From a virus: a stretch of DNA of 64,000 nt. How positions within the stretch are numbered: the stretch's first letter is position 1; every line of letters begins with the position of its first letter. Below the pieces are notes generated by a model. That model did not search any database. It was given only the letters and a program-made list of their open reading frames with translations, and had not been told where the DNA came from. The stretch covers positions 32,001 to 96,000 of IMG/VR virus record IMGVR_UViG_3300012347_000193; one strand, 5' to 3'. The translations under genes were made by a program, and so were the position numbers. Of the stretch, positions 48,760-55,998 are shown in pieces.

Positions 48760-50894
48760 TTGACATTGACCGACGAATCGAATTATTCAAGCAAGGTTAT
48801 TGGGAAACTCCTGGGGGGTTAGACACAAGTAACTTTGATTTTGATTGGCGCCCTGAACCATGGGATAGACCGTTTATTCATCAATTTGGTACACAGCATC
48901 AAAAGACAGGTGGACCAAGATTTGTGATTCCAGAAGCAGAAGGAATCAAACATCACAGTCATCAACATGCTATTAAGTTACCTGATCCAGCTAATAGATG
49001 CTGGAGACCGTTGTTAGCAAATTGCACAATTGATTATAGCTGGCATCCTGACGAGACAGAAGAACCCTACATATATATTTTCGGTAGTCAATGGTACCCT
49101 GCTGAGATTATGAAAACGTTTCAGTACAGAATGCCGGGAGCAACTGAAAAGAAATATGTTAGCAATATAACTGCTACATTATTACCCAACAAAGACCGAT
49201 GGGAAATACCCGAAGATATTAGTGATGACTTTGATTATAGCTGGGTCCCGCATCCGTTCGACCCTCCTGAATATAATTATCAATTTGGTACACAGCATCA
49301 AAAGACAGGTGGTCCTAAGTTTATTAGACAAGGTGCGACTAGCGTAAAATACGTATCAGACTTAGTTGCAACTAAACTACCTAATAGAAATAAGCGTAAC
49401 TGGAGACCGTTATTACCTAACATCGGCGATGAAAGTTTTGATTGGTCTTGGCATCCAGATGATACTGTGCCACCTAGCACATATGTATTTGCAAACCAAC
49501 ATCACGCACATCAGCCTACACTATTGTATAGAGTACCGGAAGCTACTGAAAAGACATTGATGCCACAGGTAGTTAAACTTCTACCTAAGCCTGATAACTT
49601 TGAAGTCTTAGTAGAAGACGATATTGAGTTTGATTTTAGTTGGTTGCCTGACCCTAACGAACCACCTATGAATTTTGTGTTCGGAAATCAATGGTATGAT
49701 AGTGTAACGATGCCTACAGTCAAGTTCATTAACAATGAAACTAGTGTTGTAAAGTACATGGACGATATTGTAGCAACTATCAAATCTAATCCTAGAAAGT
49801 TCAGAGTAATTGAACCAGTAAGTGATTTTGATTATAGTTGGAGACCCGACCCTAACGAGCCTGCATATAACTATATCTTTGGTAATGAGTATCACTCAGC
49901 AGAGTTTATGCCAACATTGATGTATAGAGTTAAAGGTGCAACGGAAACCAAGTACTTAGATACAGTTAAACCTACTCTAGCAATAGAGAAAGTATCATTC
50001 GAAGACAGTATATTTGATGCTGTAATGGAACACGACTTTCAAACCAAGTACGTTCATTTTCAGAATACAAATCATCCGTTAGATTATAAGATGGCTATCC
50101 CTAAGTACGATCCTGAGCGTGAGTATGTACACTTGTATGAAGATTGTGCAATCGTACCTAATGGCATTAAATCGCATTTGTTTGATAAGTTAACAGACTA
50201 TCCATATGTAGTAACAGATAAGTTGATGGGTTACGTTAAGCCGCTGGATATTATCTTTATCAGTAACGGAGAAAGTTGTGCAGAAGACAATTACAATCAC
50301 TTAGTAAGTCTAAACTTACCTAATCGCATTGTAAGAGTATCTAACGTTAATGGACGTGTGGCTAGTCAATATGCGGCTGCAAATGCTAGTGAGTCTCCTT
50401 GGTACTTCTTGATTAATGCTAAACTTAAAGTTAGTGAAGACTTTGATTTCAATTGGCAACCTAATATCATGCAGACACGTAAGCACTATATCTTTAGAGC
50501 ACGTAATCCTATCAATGGGTTAGAGTACGGTCACATGGCAATGGTAGCCAACAACAAGAAACTAACACTAGCAACTAAGGGCTTGGGTCTTGACTTTACT
50601 ATGGAAAGCCCGCATGAAGTAGTGAATATTCTGTCAGGAACCGCAGTATTCACTAGTGCATGGGATGCATGGCGTACAGCGTTTAGAGAGATGATTAAAC
50701 TATGTTGCAACGATGACCAAGAATCTATTGATAGAGGCTCAGCTTGGATCAATAAGGGTGAGGGCGAGTTCGGTGAATATAGCAAGAATGGTGCAAGAGA
50801 TGCAGTTGACTATTATACTCATGTCGGTGGTGACTTCGACAAGCTAAAACTAAGCTATGACTGGGCCTGGCTATACGATAGATTTGCTAAATAG
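48756..50894 (+). CDS. Repeat-containing protein with a C-terminal glycosyltransferase-like domain
   Basis: About 6 copies of FD(W/Y)SW.P....P.Y...FG.Q. The C-terminal domain is paralogous to 38169-39116. ATG 48756 overlaps the upstream TGA. Confidence 0.65.
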   Translation: MIDIDRRIELFKQGYWETPGGLDTSNFDFDWRPEPWDRPFIHQFGTQHQKTGGPRFVIPEAEGIKHHSHQHAIKLPDPANRCWRPLLANCTIDYSWHPDETEEPYIYIFGSQWYPAEIMKTFQYRMPGATEKKYVSNITATLLPNKDRWEIPEDISDDFDYSWVPHPFDPPEYNYQFGTQHQKTGGPKFIRQGATSVKYVSDLVATKLPNRNKRNWRPLLPNIGDESFDWSWHPDDTVPPSTYVFANQHHAHQPTLLYRVPEATEKTLMPQVVKLLPKPDNFEVLVEDDIEFDFSWLPDPNEPPMNFVFGNQWYDSVTMPTVKFINNETSVVKYMDDIVATIKSNPRKFRVIEPVSDFDYSWRPDPNEPAYNYIFGNEYHSAEFMPTLMYRVKGATETKYLDTVKPTLAIEKVSFEDSIFDAVMEHDFQTKYVHFQNTNHPLDYKMAIPKYDPEREYVHLYEDCAIVPNGIKSHLFDKLTDYPYVVTDKLMGYVKPLDIIFISNGESCAEDNYNHLVSLNLPNRIVRVSNVNGRVASQYAAANASESPWYFLINAKLKVSEDFDFNWQPNIMQTRKHYIFRARNPINGLEYGHMAMVANNKKLTLATKGLGLDFTMESPHEVVNILSGTAVFTSAWDAWRTAFREMIKLCCNDDQESIDRGSAWINKGEGEFGEYSKNGARDAVDYYTHVGGDFDKLKLSYDWAWLYDRFAK
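48880..49312 (+). repeat. Exact 34-nt direct repeat (48880-48913 and 49279-49312) within the protein repeats
   Basis: ATCAATTTGGTACACAGCATCAAAAGACAGGTGG occurs twice (QFGTQHQKTGG). Confidence 0.9.
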
Positions 50895-50897
50895 TAG

Positions 50898-50993
50898 ATG
50901 ACTTACTTATTCTGGCTTGTTATTTTGGGCATTGTTGGTGGAGCAATCTACTGGATCATGGACTGGAAAAAGCAGTTCCCTAACGGCGAATAA
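50898..50993 (+). CDS. Small single-pass membrane peptide (31 aa)
   Basis: Not in the ORF track. MTYLFWLVILGIVGGAIYWIMDWKKQFPNGE*; TAAATA at 50888-50893. Confidence 0.6.
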   Translation: MTYLFWLVILGIVGGAIYWIMDWKKQFPNGE

Positions 50994-51013
50994 GTGAGAT
51001 AAGGATATAAACA

Positions 51014-52858
51014 ATGGCAGCAGGAATTACATTTAATGGTGGAGTAACAATTACTGGTGGAATACTTCTGGGACCTACCCCAGACTCTATCGAAGTTGTT
51101 GCCACTGGCCCGTCAGCTCAAGATGGTTCATATGCATGGGGAGCCTCAGCAGGCAGCTTTGGAATAGTTAATAGTAACTATATCTCAGCTCTGTTCAATT
51201 TTGAGATGACTAATAACGACAGTAACGGATACACGTTCTTGTATGTAACACCTGGTTCTTATTCTGGTTTCTCAGTTTCAAATAACGTAATCGATGGTGA
51301 CTTACCATCTTACCCTAGAATATTCACAATCGGTGGCACTAATTATGAATTTAGTGCCTACCCTTATGGGTACTTTGCTACAAGTGATGTAGCAGATTTA
51401 AAAAATAAAGTAGGTCAAGTAGTTAAAGTAATTTACAATCCTGCAGTGCAGGGCGCTGCGCCCACACCAAACACAATGTTGATTAAGTCATATTATAATC
51501 CATCAGGCATGGGTAACACTAGTTACGGTGCATCAGGATACTTTAACTACATGACGTTTGGTGGATTGTATAGTCAATATTTCAATGCTATTGTGTATAA
51601 CACTAATACGGCTGATACTTTGATTTCATTACGTGAAGGAAATTATACTACCTTTGCAGTAAACAGTAGCGGTGCAATCGATACTGACACAAATGGTTCA
51701 ACAAGAAAGTTTACTTTCGATGGCGTAGAAGTTATTGGCACGTTTGCTTCTTCTGCATTTGCATATATTGCATCTGGTGATGCATTAAGTTTAATGTCAA
51801 AAGTAAATTCAACTATCACAATAGTGTATGATCCGGAAGCACAAGCCGGCGGTGGCGGTGGTGCAGCCGGCGAATTAGCATCAGGTACTATTACTGTCGG
51901 CGACCAGTTCGGTATGGTTTACGGTTGGCAAGCTGGGCAGTTCGGTGACTCAACCTTCTCAATGATGGGTCCGATTATAGCAATTAAATATGACTCTAGC
52001 TACCCTAGAACACAAATTAATTTCTTAACAGGAACTTATGGTAGCATAGTTATTGATTTTGACACAGTTGGCGGCGAAACTTCGGTTACTGTTGTAATCG
52101 ATGGAATTACTGAAGTACTAACTATTGCAAGCGGAACTGCCCAAGCAACTGTAACAGGAGATCCATTCGGATTAGCTAACAAAGTTGGGCAAACTCTCAA
52201 CGTGTCAGTAACACCCGGAATTCCGCAAGCCGGCTTTGTTGCAGGTAATGCATACACTATGAATAATGATTATAGCTCGTTAGGTATTACAATCAATGGT
52301 AGCACGAGCGAATATGAAATTCGAATAGTTTCATTTGCATGGTACAATAGTGCAGGCTACAATGAATTGCTTGCATTGACCACTGGATCTCAGTTCCAAG
52401 TACTTGCTAATCTTGACGCAGGCGGAACCGGAGACTCTCTGTTCACGTTAACAAGTGGATTTGTTGACCAAGGCCCGTTCTATCAAGCAACTGCAACAGC
52501 ATCAGTGGCACTCCAAACAAATGGAGTTACACCGGAAACTGTAACTTTACCTGCAGCAGCCGCAGGCACTACTTATACATCAAGTAACTGGACTAGTGGA
52601 AGCTGGGAAGATATGGGAGGTTGGAGAGTATCTCTCAGCTTAGGCTCAACTCCTGAATCATCTTTCTTAACTGCACTTAACGCATTAACTACTGGCGACA
52701 CCATCGCTATAACAGACAACAATAACGTCACTGAGACTAGAACTATCACTAGCATATCGGGACAACCTTATTCTAGCTACAGTCAAGTAATCATTTACAC
52801 AGATAGCGCACCTCCTGGTAATACATCATGGTGGACTATTGATAGTATAGCTATTTAA
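51014..52858 (+). CDS. Putative virion adhesin / fibre with tandem beta-rich domains
   Basis: AAGGA SD; N-terminal GITFNGGVTITGGI; three domains ending L..KV(G/N)....V...P; aromatic- and Gly-rich. Confidence 0.55.
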   Translation: MAAGITFNGGVTITGGILLGPTPDSIEVVATGPSAQDGSYAWGASAGSFGIVNSNYISALFNFEMTNNDSNGYTFLYVTPGSYSGFSVSNNVIDGDLPSYPRIFTIGGTNYEFSAYPYGYFATSDVADLKNKVGQVVKVIYNPAVQGAAPTPNTMLIKSYYNPSGMGNTSYGASGYFNYMTFGGLYSQYFNAIVYNTNTADTLISLREGNYTTFAVNSSGAIDTDTNGSTRKFTFDGVEVIGTFASSAFAYIASGDALSLMSKVNSTITIVYDPEAQAGGGGGAAGELASGTITVGDQFGMVYGWQAGQFGDSTFSMMGPIIAIKYDSSYPRTQINFLTGTYGSIVIDFDTVGGETSVTVVIDGITEVLTIASGTAQATVTGDPFGLANKVGQTLNVSVTPGIPQAGFVAGNAYTMNNDYSSLGITINGSTSEYEIRIVSFAWYNSAGYNELLALTTGSQFQVLANLDAGGTGDSLFTLTSGFVDQGPFYQATATASVALQTNGVTPETVTLPAAAAGTTYTSSNWTSGSWEDMGGWRVSLSLGSTPESSFLTALNALTTGDTIAITDNNNVTETRTITSISGQPYSSYSQVIIYTDSAPPGNTSWWTIDSIAI

Positions 52859-52874
52859 AACGGGCAAGTTACTA

Positions 52875-52903
52875 TTGACACAATCGAAAGGTTGTGTTAT
52901 AGT
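52875..52903 (+). promoter_or_regulatory. Sigma70 promoter for the tmRNA: TTGACA-N17-TATAGT
   Basis: Near-consensus with extended -10 TG. It overlaps a GACACAATC-GAAA-GGTTGTGTT hairpin. Confidence 0.85.
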
Positions 52904-52909
52904 ATGAGT

Positions 52910-53250
52910 TATTGCTGTATGAAGCAAAGAGAAAAGTGTTCTGGACGCGGGTTCGAAACCCGCCAGGTCCACCATAAAGCATACTAGTCGGCGACTAAGC
53001 GTAATTAATGCGGTCTCTACGGAGTGAAAGGGTCAGTGGTTCGATTCCACATAGTGTGTTTTATAATGGGCCTGACTTGGATTCGACAGGGCAACAAGTA
53101 AATTAGTGGACAGCTCGGGAATGTGAAACCCGTAGGGTTGGGGGAACTCGGCCGCAGAAGCAAAAAACCATAAATGCAAACGATTCAGTTTACGCATTGG
53201 CTGCTTGATAAAAGCATCCTAGGGTAAGACATACCTCGTAACAGAAACTC
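52910..53250 (+). ncRNA. ssrA: Circularly permuted (two-piece) tmRNA
   Basis: The acceptor piece (T-arm GCGGG-TTCGAAA-CCCGC, CAGGTCC-A-CCA ending 52974) comes before the 5' half GGGCCTG-ACTTGGATTCGAC (starts 53068). The stem has the G3-U70 Ala determinant. Tag ORF 53176-53208 reads ANDSVYALAA* after ATAAAT. Outer ends are approximate. Confidence 0.93.
52980..53059 (+). other. tRNA-like element in the tmRNA intervening segment
   Basis: Acceptor-like stem CATACTA/TAGTGTG directly next to a T-arm GTGG-TTCGATT-CCAC; internal hairpins include C(TACG)G. No CCA and no canonical anticodon arm. Confidence 0.6.
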
Positions 53251-53252
53251 AA

Positions 53253-53280
53253 GAAAAGGCTCTTCGGAGTCTTTTCCTTT
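53253..53280 (+). terminator. Rho-independent terminator of the tmRNA
   Basis: GAAAAGGCTC-TTCG-GAGTCTTTTC followed by CTTT. Confidence 0.85.
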
Positions 53281-53326
53281 GTCAACGTAATGTAAGGCAA
53301 AGGCGTTGTATATGTATGGAGCTAAT

Positions 53327-53461
53327 ATGCAACTAACAAAACCCAAAGAACATTCTGACGATAAGCCTAGCAAGTATGAGACAATTTTTTTAATTAGAAC
53401 TTGCTCACGAGGTTGCCCTAATTGCGACAAGAAACGCATAGGAACATGTCAGTGTAAGTAA
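53327..53461 (+). CDS. Small Cys-rich peptide (44 aa)
   Basis: Not in the ORF track. GGAG SD; MQLTKPKEHSDDKPSKYETIFLIRTCSRGCPNCDKKRIGTCQCK*. Confidence 0.55.
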   Translation: MQLTKPKEHSDDKPSKYETIFLIRTCSRGCPNCDKKRIGTCQCK

Positions 53462-53504
53462 CCTTTTTTGTTGCACTAGTCCTAGAATAATATATACTAG
53501 CACT

Positions 53505-53795
53505 ATGAGTAACGAAACAGCTAAATTTATCAACTCTCAACGCCGTCACAAAACGGACGTTCACATTGCTAGACAAGTGAAGATTGCCAGACAAAGTTTG
53601 ACACACGACACTTCTAAAGTTGCTAAACAACCTCACCGTCTAGCAAAACGACACGCTATGGATTGTGGCAGTCCAAAATGCTATCTATGCGGAAATCCCC
53701 GCAAGACCCATAAAGACAAACTAACCGTACAAGAGAAACGATTGTTTCAAGACTTGGAAAAAGTTACTGACAAGCACAGTAATGGGTTACTATAA
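53505..53795 (+). CDS. Basic hypothetical protein with an H..C....C..C putative Zn site
   Basis: HAMDCGSPKCYLCGNPRK. TTGCAC-N16-TATACT promoter (53471-53498) ends 6 nt upstream. Confidence 0.75.
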   Translation: MSNETAKFINSQRRHKTDVHIARQVKIARQSLTHDTSKVAKQPHRLAKRHAMDCGSPKCYLCGNPRKTHKDKLTVQEKRLFQDLEKVTDKHSNGLL

Positions 53796-53904
53796 AAATA
53801 TTTATAGAATTTTACCCAAACAAACTAGTGTTTACACTAACATTAGTGTACACTACTGTTATCAAGATTATCTTGAAAATTAATAATACATAAAGGAAAT
53901 TAAA

Positions 53905-54444
53905 ATGAAAACAGTCGGCGATAAGTTAGAAAAATTTGCAGTCACGGGTGTTAAGCCAGGACAACCAGAAGATGCATTCTTCGACATTACAGATGAAAGT
54001 TTCGCTGGTAAGTGGAAAGTAATTGTTTACTATCCAAAAGACTTTACATTCGTATGCCCTACAGAAATCGTAGCATACGACAAGTTGACTGGTGACTTTG
54101 CGGATCGTGACGCAGTATTGCTAACCGGTTCAACAGACAATGAGTTCTGTAAGGTCGCGTGGCAAAAGAGCCACAGTGATTTGATTAAAATCACCCACAA
54201 CCAATTCGCTGATACACAGCGTGGCGAGTTGAGCTTGATTGAACAGTTGGGTGTATTCTACGCACCAGCTGGTGCAGCACTCCGTGCAACATTCATTGTT
54301 GACCCAGAGAACGTTATTCAACACGTGACTGTAAACAACTTGAACGTTGGTCGTAGCCCAGAAGAAACATTGCGTATTCTTGACGCATTGCAAACTGGTG
54401 AATTGTGTGCATGTAACCGTACAGTCGGTGGAGAGACACTATAA
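53905..54444 (+). CDS. ahpC: Peroxiredoxin (alkyl hydroperoxide reductase C)
   Basis: YPKDFTFVCPTE, RATFIVDP and GR...E.LR.LDALQTGELC motifs. Confidence 0.97.
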   Translation: MKTVGDKLEKFAVTGVKPGQPEDAFFDITDESFAGKWKVIVYYPKDFTFVCPTEIVAYDKLTGDFADRDAVLLTGSTDNEFCKVAWQKSHSDLIKITHNQFADTQRGELSLIEQLGVFYAPAGAALRATFIVDPENVIQHVTVNNLNVGRSPEETLRILDALQTGELCACNRTVGGETL

Positions 54445-54950
54445 TGGCATTCATTGACGCAATTAAAGGTGCGTTGCCAGAATACGCAAAGGACACCAAG
54501 TTAAATCTTGACGCTGTTCTTTTGCGTAGTACATTGGATGCTGATGTTGCTATGGGTTGTGCCGTAGCTGCATTAGCTGCAACTGGTAACGGTAAGGTAC
54601 TAGCAGTAATGTTAGCAGATGCTCCTGTTCACGCAGACAGCGCAATGACAGCCGCAAGCATTATGGCCCAGAACAACATTTGGTATCCCTATGTTGAAAT
54701 GGCAGATGACCCTGCTCTCAAAGGATTGCCGGCACAGTTACGCATGAATGCTATTGCTAGTCACGGCGGAACTACTAAGTCAAACTTTGAAGCGTTTAGC
54801 TTGGCAGCTAGTATTGTTGGTAAATGTCACTTCTGTGTTAAAGCACACTATGAAACATTGAAGCAAGAAGGCTACTCGGTGGAACAGCTTCGTGACATTG
54901 GTCGTATTGCCTCTGTAATGAACAGTGTTGCTAAGGTTTTGAATAGCTAA
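54444..54950 (+). CDS. ahpD: Alkylhydroperoxidase AhpD (carboxymuconolactone decarboxylase family)
   Basis: LPEYAKD.KLNL, MAQNN.WY and CHFCV.AH (CxxC); TAATG coupling to ahpC. Confidence 0.95.
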   Translation: MAFIDAIKGALPEYAKDTKLNLDAVLLRSTLDADVAMGCAVAALAATGNGKVLAVMLADAPVHADSAMTAASIMAQNNIWYPYVEMADDPALKGLPAQLRMNAIASHGGTTKSNFEAFSLAASIVGKCHFCVKAHYETLKQEGYSVEQLRDIGRIASVMNSVAKVLNS

Positions 54951-54958
54951 AATTTGCC

Positions 54959-54987
54959 CATAAATAGATGAAAGGAATCTATTTATG
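54959..54987 (+). promoter_or_regulatory. Start-codon-sequestering hairpin with a late promoter in its 5' arm
   Basis: CATAAATAGAT-GAAAGGA-ATCTATTTATG is an 11-bp perfect stem. The SD is in the loop, the ATG in the 3' arm and ATAAATA in the 5' arm. Confidence 0.7.
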
Positions 54988-55086
54988 TTCGCAATATTAA
55001 CGTGTTTAGCCATAGTCATTGCAAGTTTTGCATTTTCGTGTATAATAGTAGGTACACAAGAGAAAGACGAAGATGACCCTGGCTGA
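54985..55086 (+). CDS. Small membrane peptide (33 aa) with an acidic tail
   Basis: Not in the ORF track. AAAGGA SD; MFAILTCLAIVIASFAFSCIIVGTQEKDEDDPG*. Confidence 0.6.
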   Translation: MFAILTCLAIVIASFAFSCIIVGTQEKDEDDPG

Positions 55087-55468
55087 ATACTTTGACACAG
55101 TTTGCTATCACGGAACCTACAATTTAGGCGATAGAATATTGGGACGCTATAAAGGCGTCCCCTTTATTGGCACTGTCGGTAACGATAACCAACTCAACCC
55201 CATCGACGGTCCTTTCTTGACAGTGCATCTTGATTTGCCCATTAAGATTGATGAAGAAATAAAAAATGTTATAATTGTAAAACATCACGAAGTCAACAGA
55301 CTGAAGGAGTATGCGTCTGAAGCTGAATGGATAGCGAAAGCCTCTAAAACTTCTGGTAGTGGGTTCGATTCCCACCAGACGCACCAAAAACCCAAGAAGG
55401 TTGTGAAAGAAATATCTAAGAGAGAATCTTTACTAGACCGACTTAAAACACTTAAAGGTAAAAAATAA
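55073..55468 (+). CDS. Hypothetical protein (SH3-like N-terminal part); its 3' part overlaps a tRNA
   Basis: LGDRI.G.Y.GVPFIGTVGND...VHLDLPI; the frame stays open across the tRNA. Confidence 0.65.
   Translation: MTLAEYFDTVCYHGTYNLGDRILGRYKGVPFIGTVGNDNQLNPIDGPFLTVHLDLPIKIDEEIKNVIIVKHHEVNRLKEYASEAEWIAKASKTSGSGFDSHQTHQKPKKVVKEISKRESLLDRLKTLKGKK
55313..55386 (+). tRNA. Degenerate tRNA, best-fit anticodon CTA (amber suppressor-type; Arg-like body)
   Basis: Perfect acceptor stem GCGTCTG/CAGACGC plus A-CCA, D-arm GCTG/TAGC, loop CT-CTA-AA (55342-55348), 5-nt variable loop, T-arm GTGGG-TTCGATT-CCCAC. Defects: A instead of U8, and only 3 of 5 anticodon-stem pairs. Confidence 0.7.
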
Positions 55469-55693
55469 ATGGATATGGATAACGCAGCCGTCTTTTTAGC
55501 CGGTACAATTTTATATGCAATCGGGTTGATAATCATCTTGGCTGCAACTATCATTGCTAATAACTTGATTCATAAGTTCTGGAAAAGTTTTGGATGGTCA
55601 TTCATGCCTAATTACTGGACGCAAGAAACCACGAGATTCGCAACACCTGAAGAAGCAGCGAAGATTGCCCCTACATTAGACGAGAAAAAATGA
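55469..55693 (+). CDS. Small membrane protein
   Basis: One long hydrophobic helix near the N-terminus. Confidence 0.7.
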   Translation: MDMDNAAVFLAGTILYAIGLIIILAATIIANNLIHKFWKSFGWSFMPNYWTQETTRFATPEEAAKIAPTLDEKK

Positions 55694-55998
55694 AGACTTG
55701 GTACTTACTTCCACCCTACACAGAAGCAGACATCGAGTGGCTTGCTAACTGTGGATTAGAAGTTGAAGTTGAAGTACCAGAACTTCTAGGATTGAATGAC
55801 AGTGGGTGGTGTGACATGGCTACAGGCCATCACATCCTCTCAGACTATCATAAAATCTATGTCAGAACTTATGATAGCAAACAAGAAATGTGGCTCTCGT
55901 TGAGATACGACGGTAGAGCAATTTTTAAGTATAACAACGAAGAACTAAATAATATTGACACAACACAAGGAGATAAAAATGTCACAACAATAGATTGA
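55690..55998 (+). CDS. Hypothetical protein
   Basis: 102-aa ORF with an ATGA overlap. Confidence 0.6.
   Translation: MKTWYLLPPYTEADIEWLANCGLEVEVEVPELLGLNDSGWCDMATGHHILSDYHKIYVRTYDSKQEMWLSLRYDGRAIFKYNNEELNNIDTTQGDKNVTTID

Noticed and set aside
53185-53636. Track ORFs 53185-53439 (-) and 53418-53636 (-)
   Set aside because: They are antisense to the tmRNA, its terminator and better-supported plus-strand genes.
55336-55352. Reading the tRNA as Arg(TCT)
   Set aside because: That register gives C33, removes position 26 and leaves only ~2 anticodon-stem pairs. CTA fits better, although descent from a tRNA-Arg is plausible.
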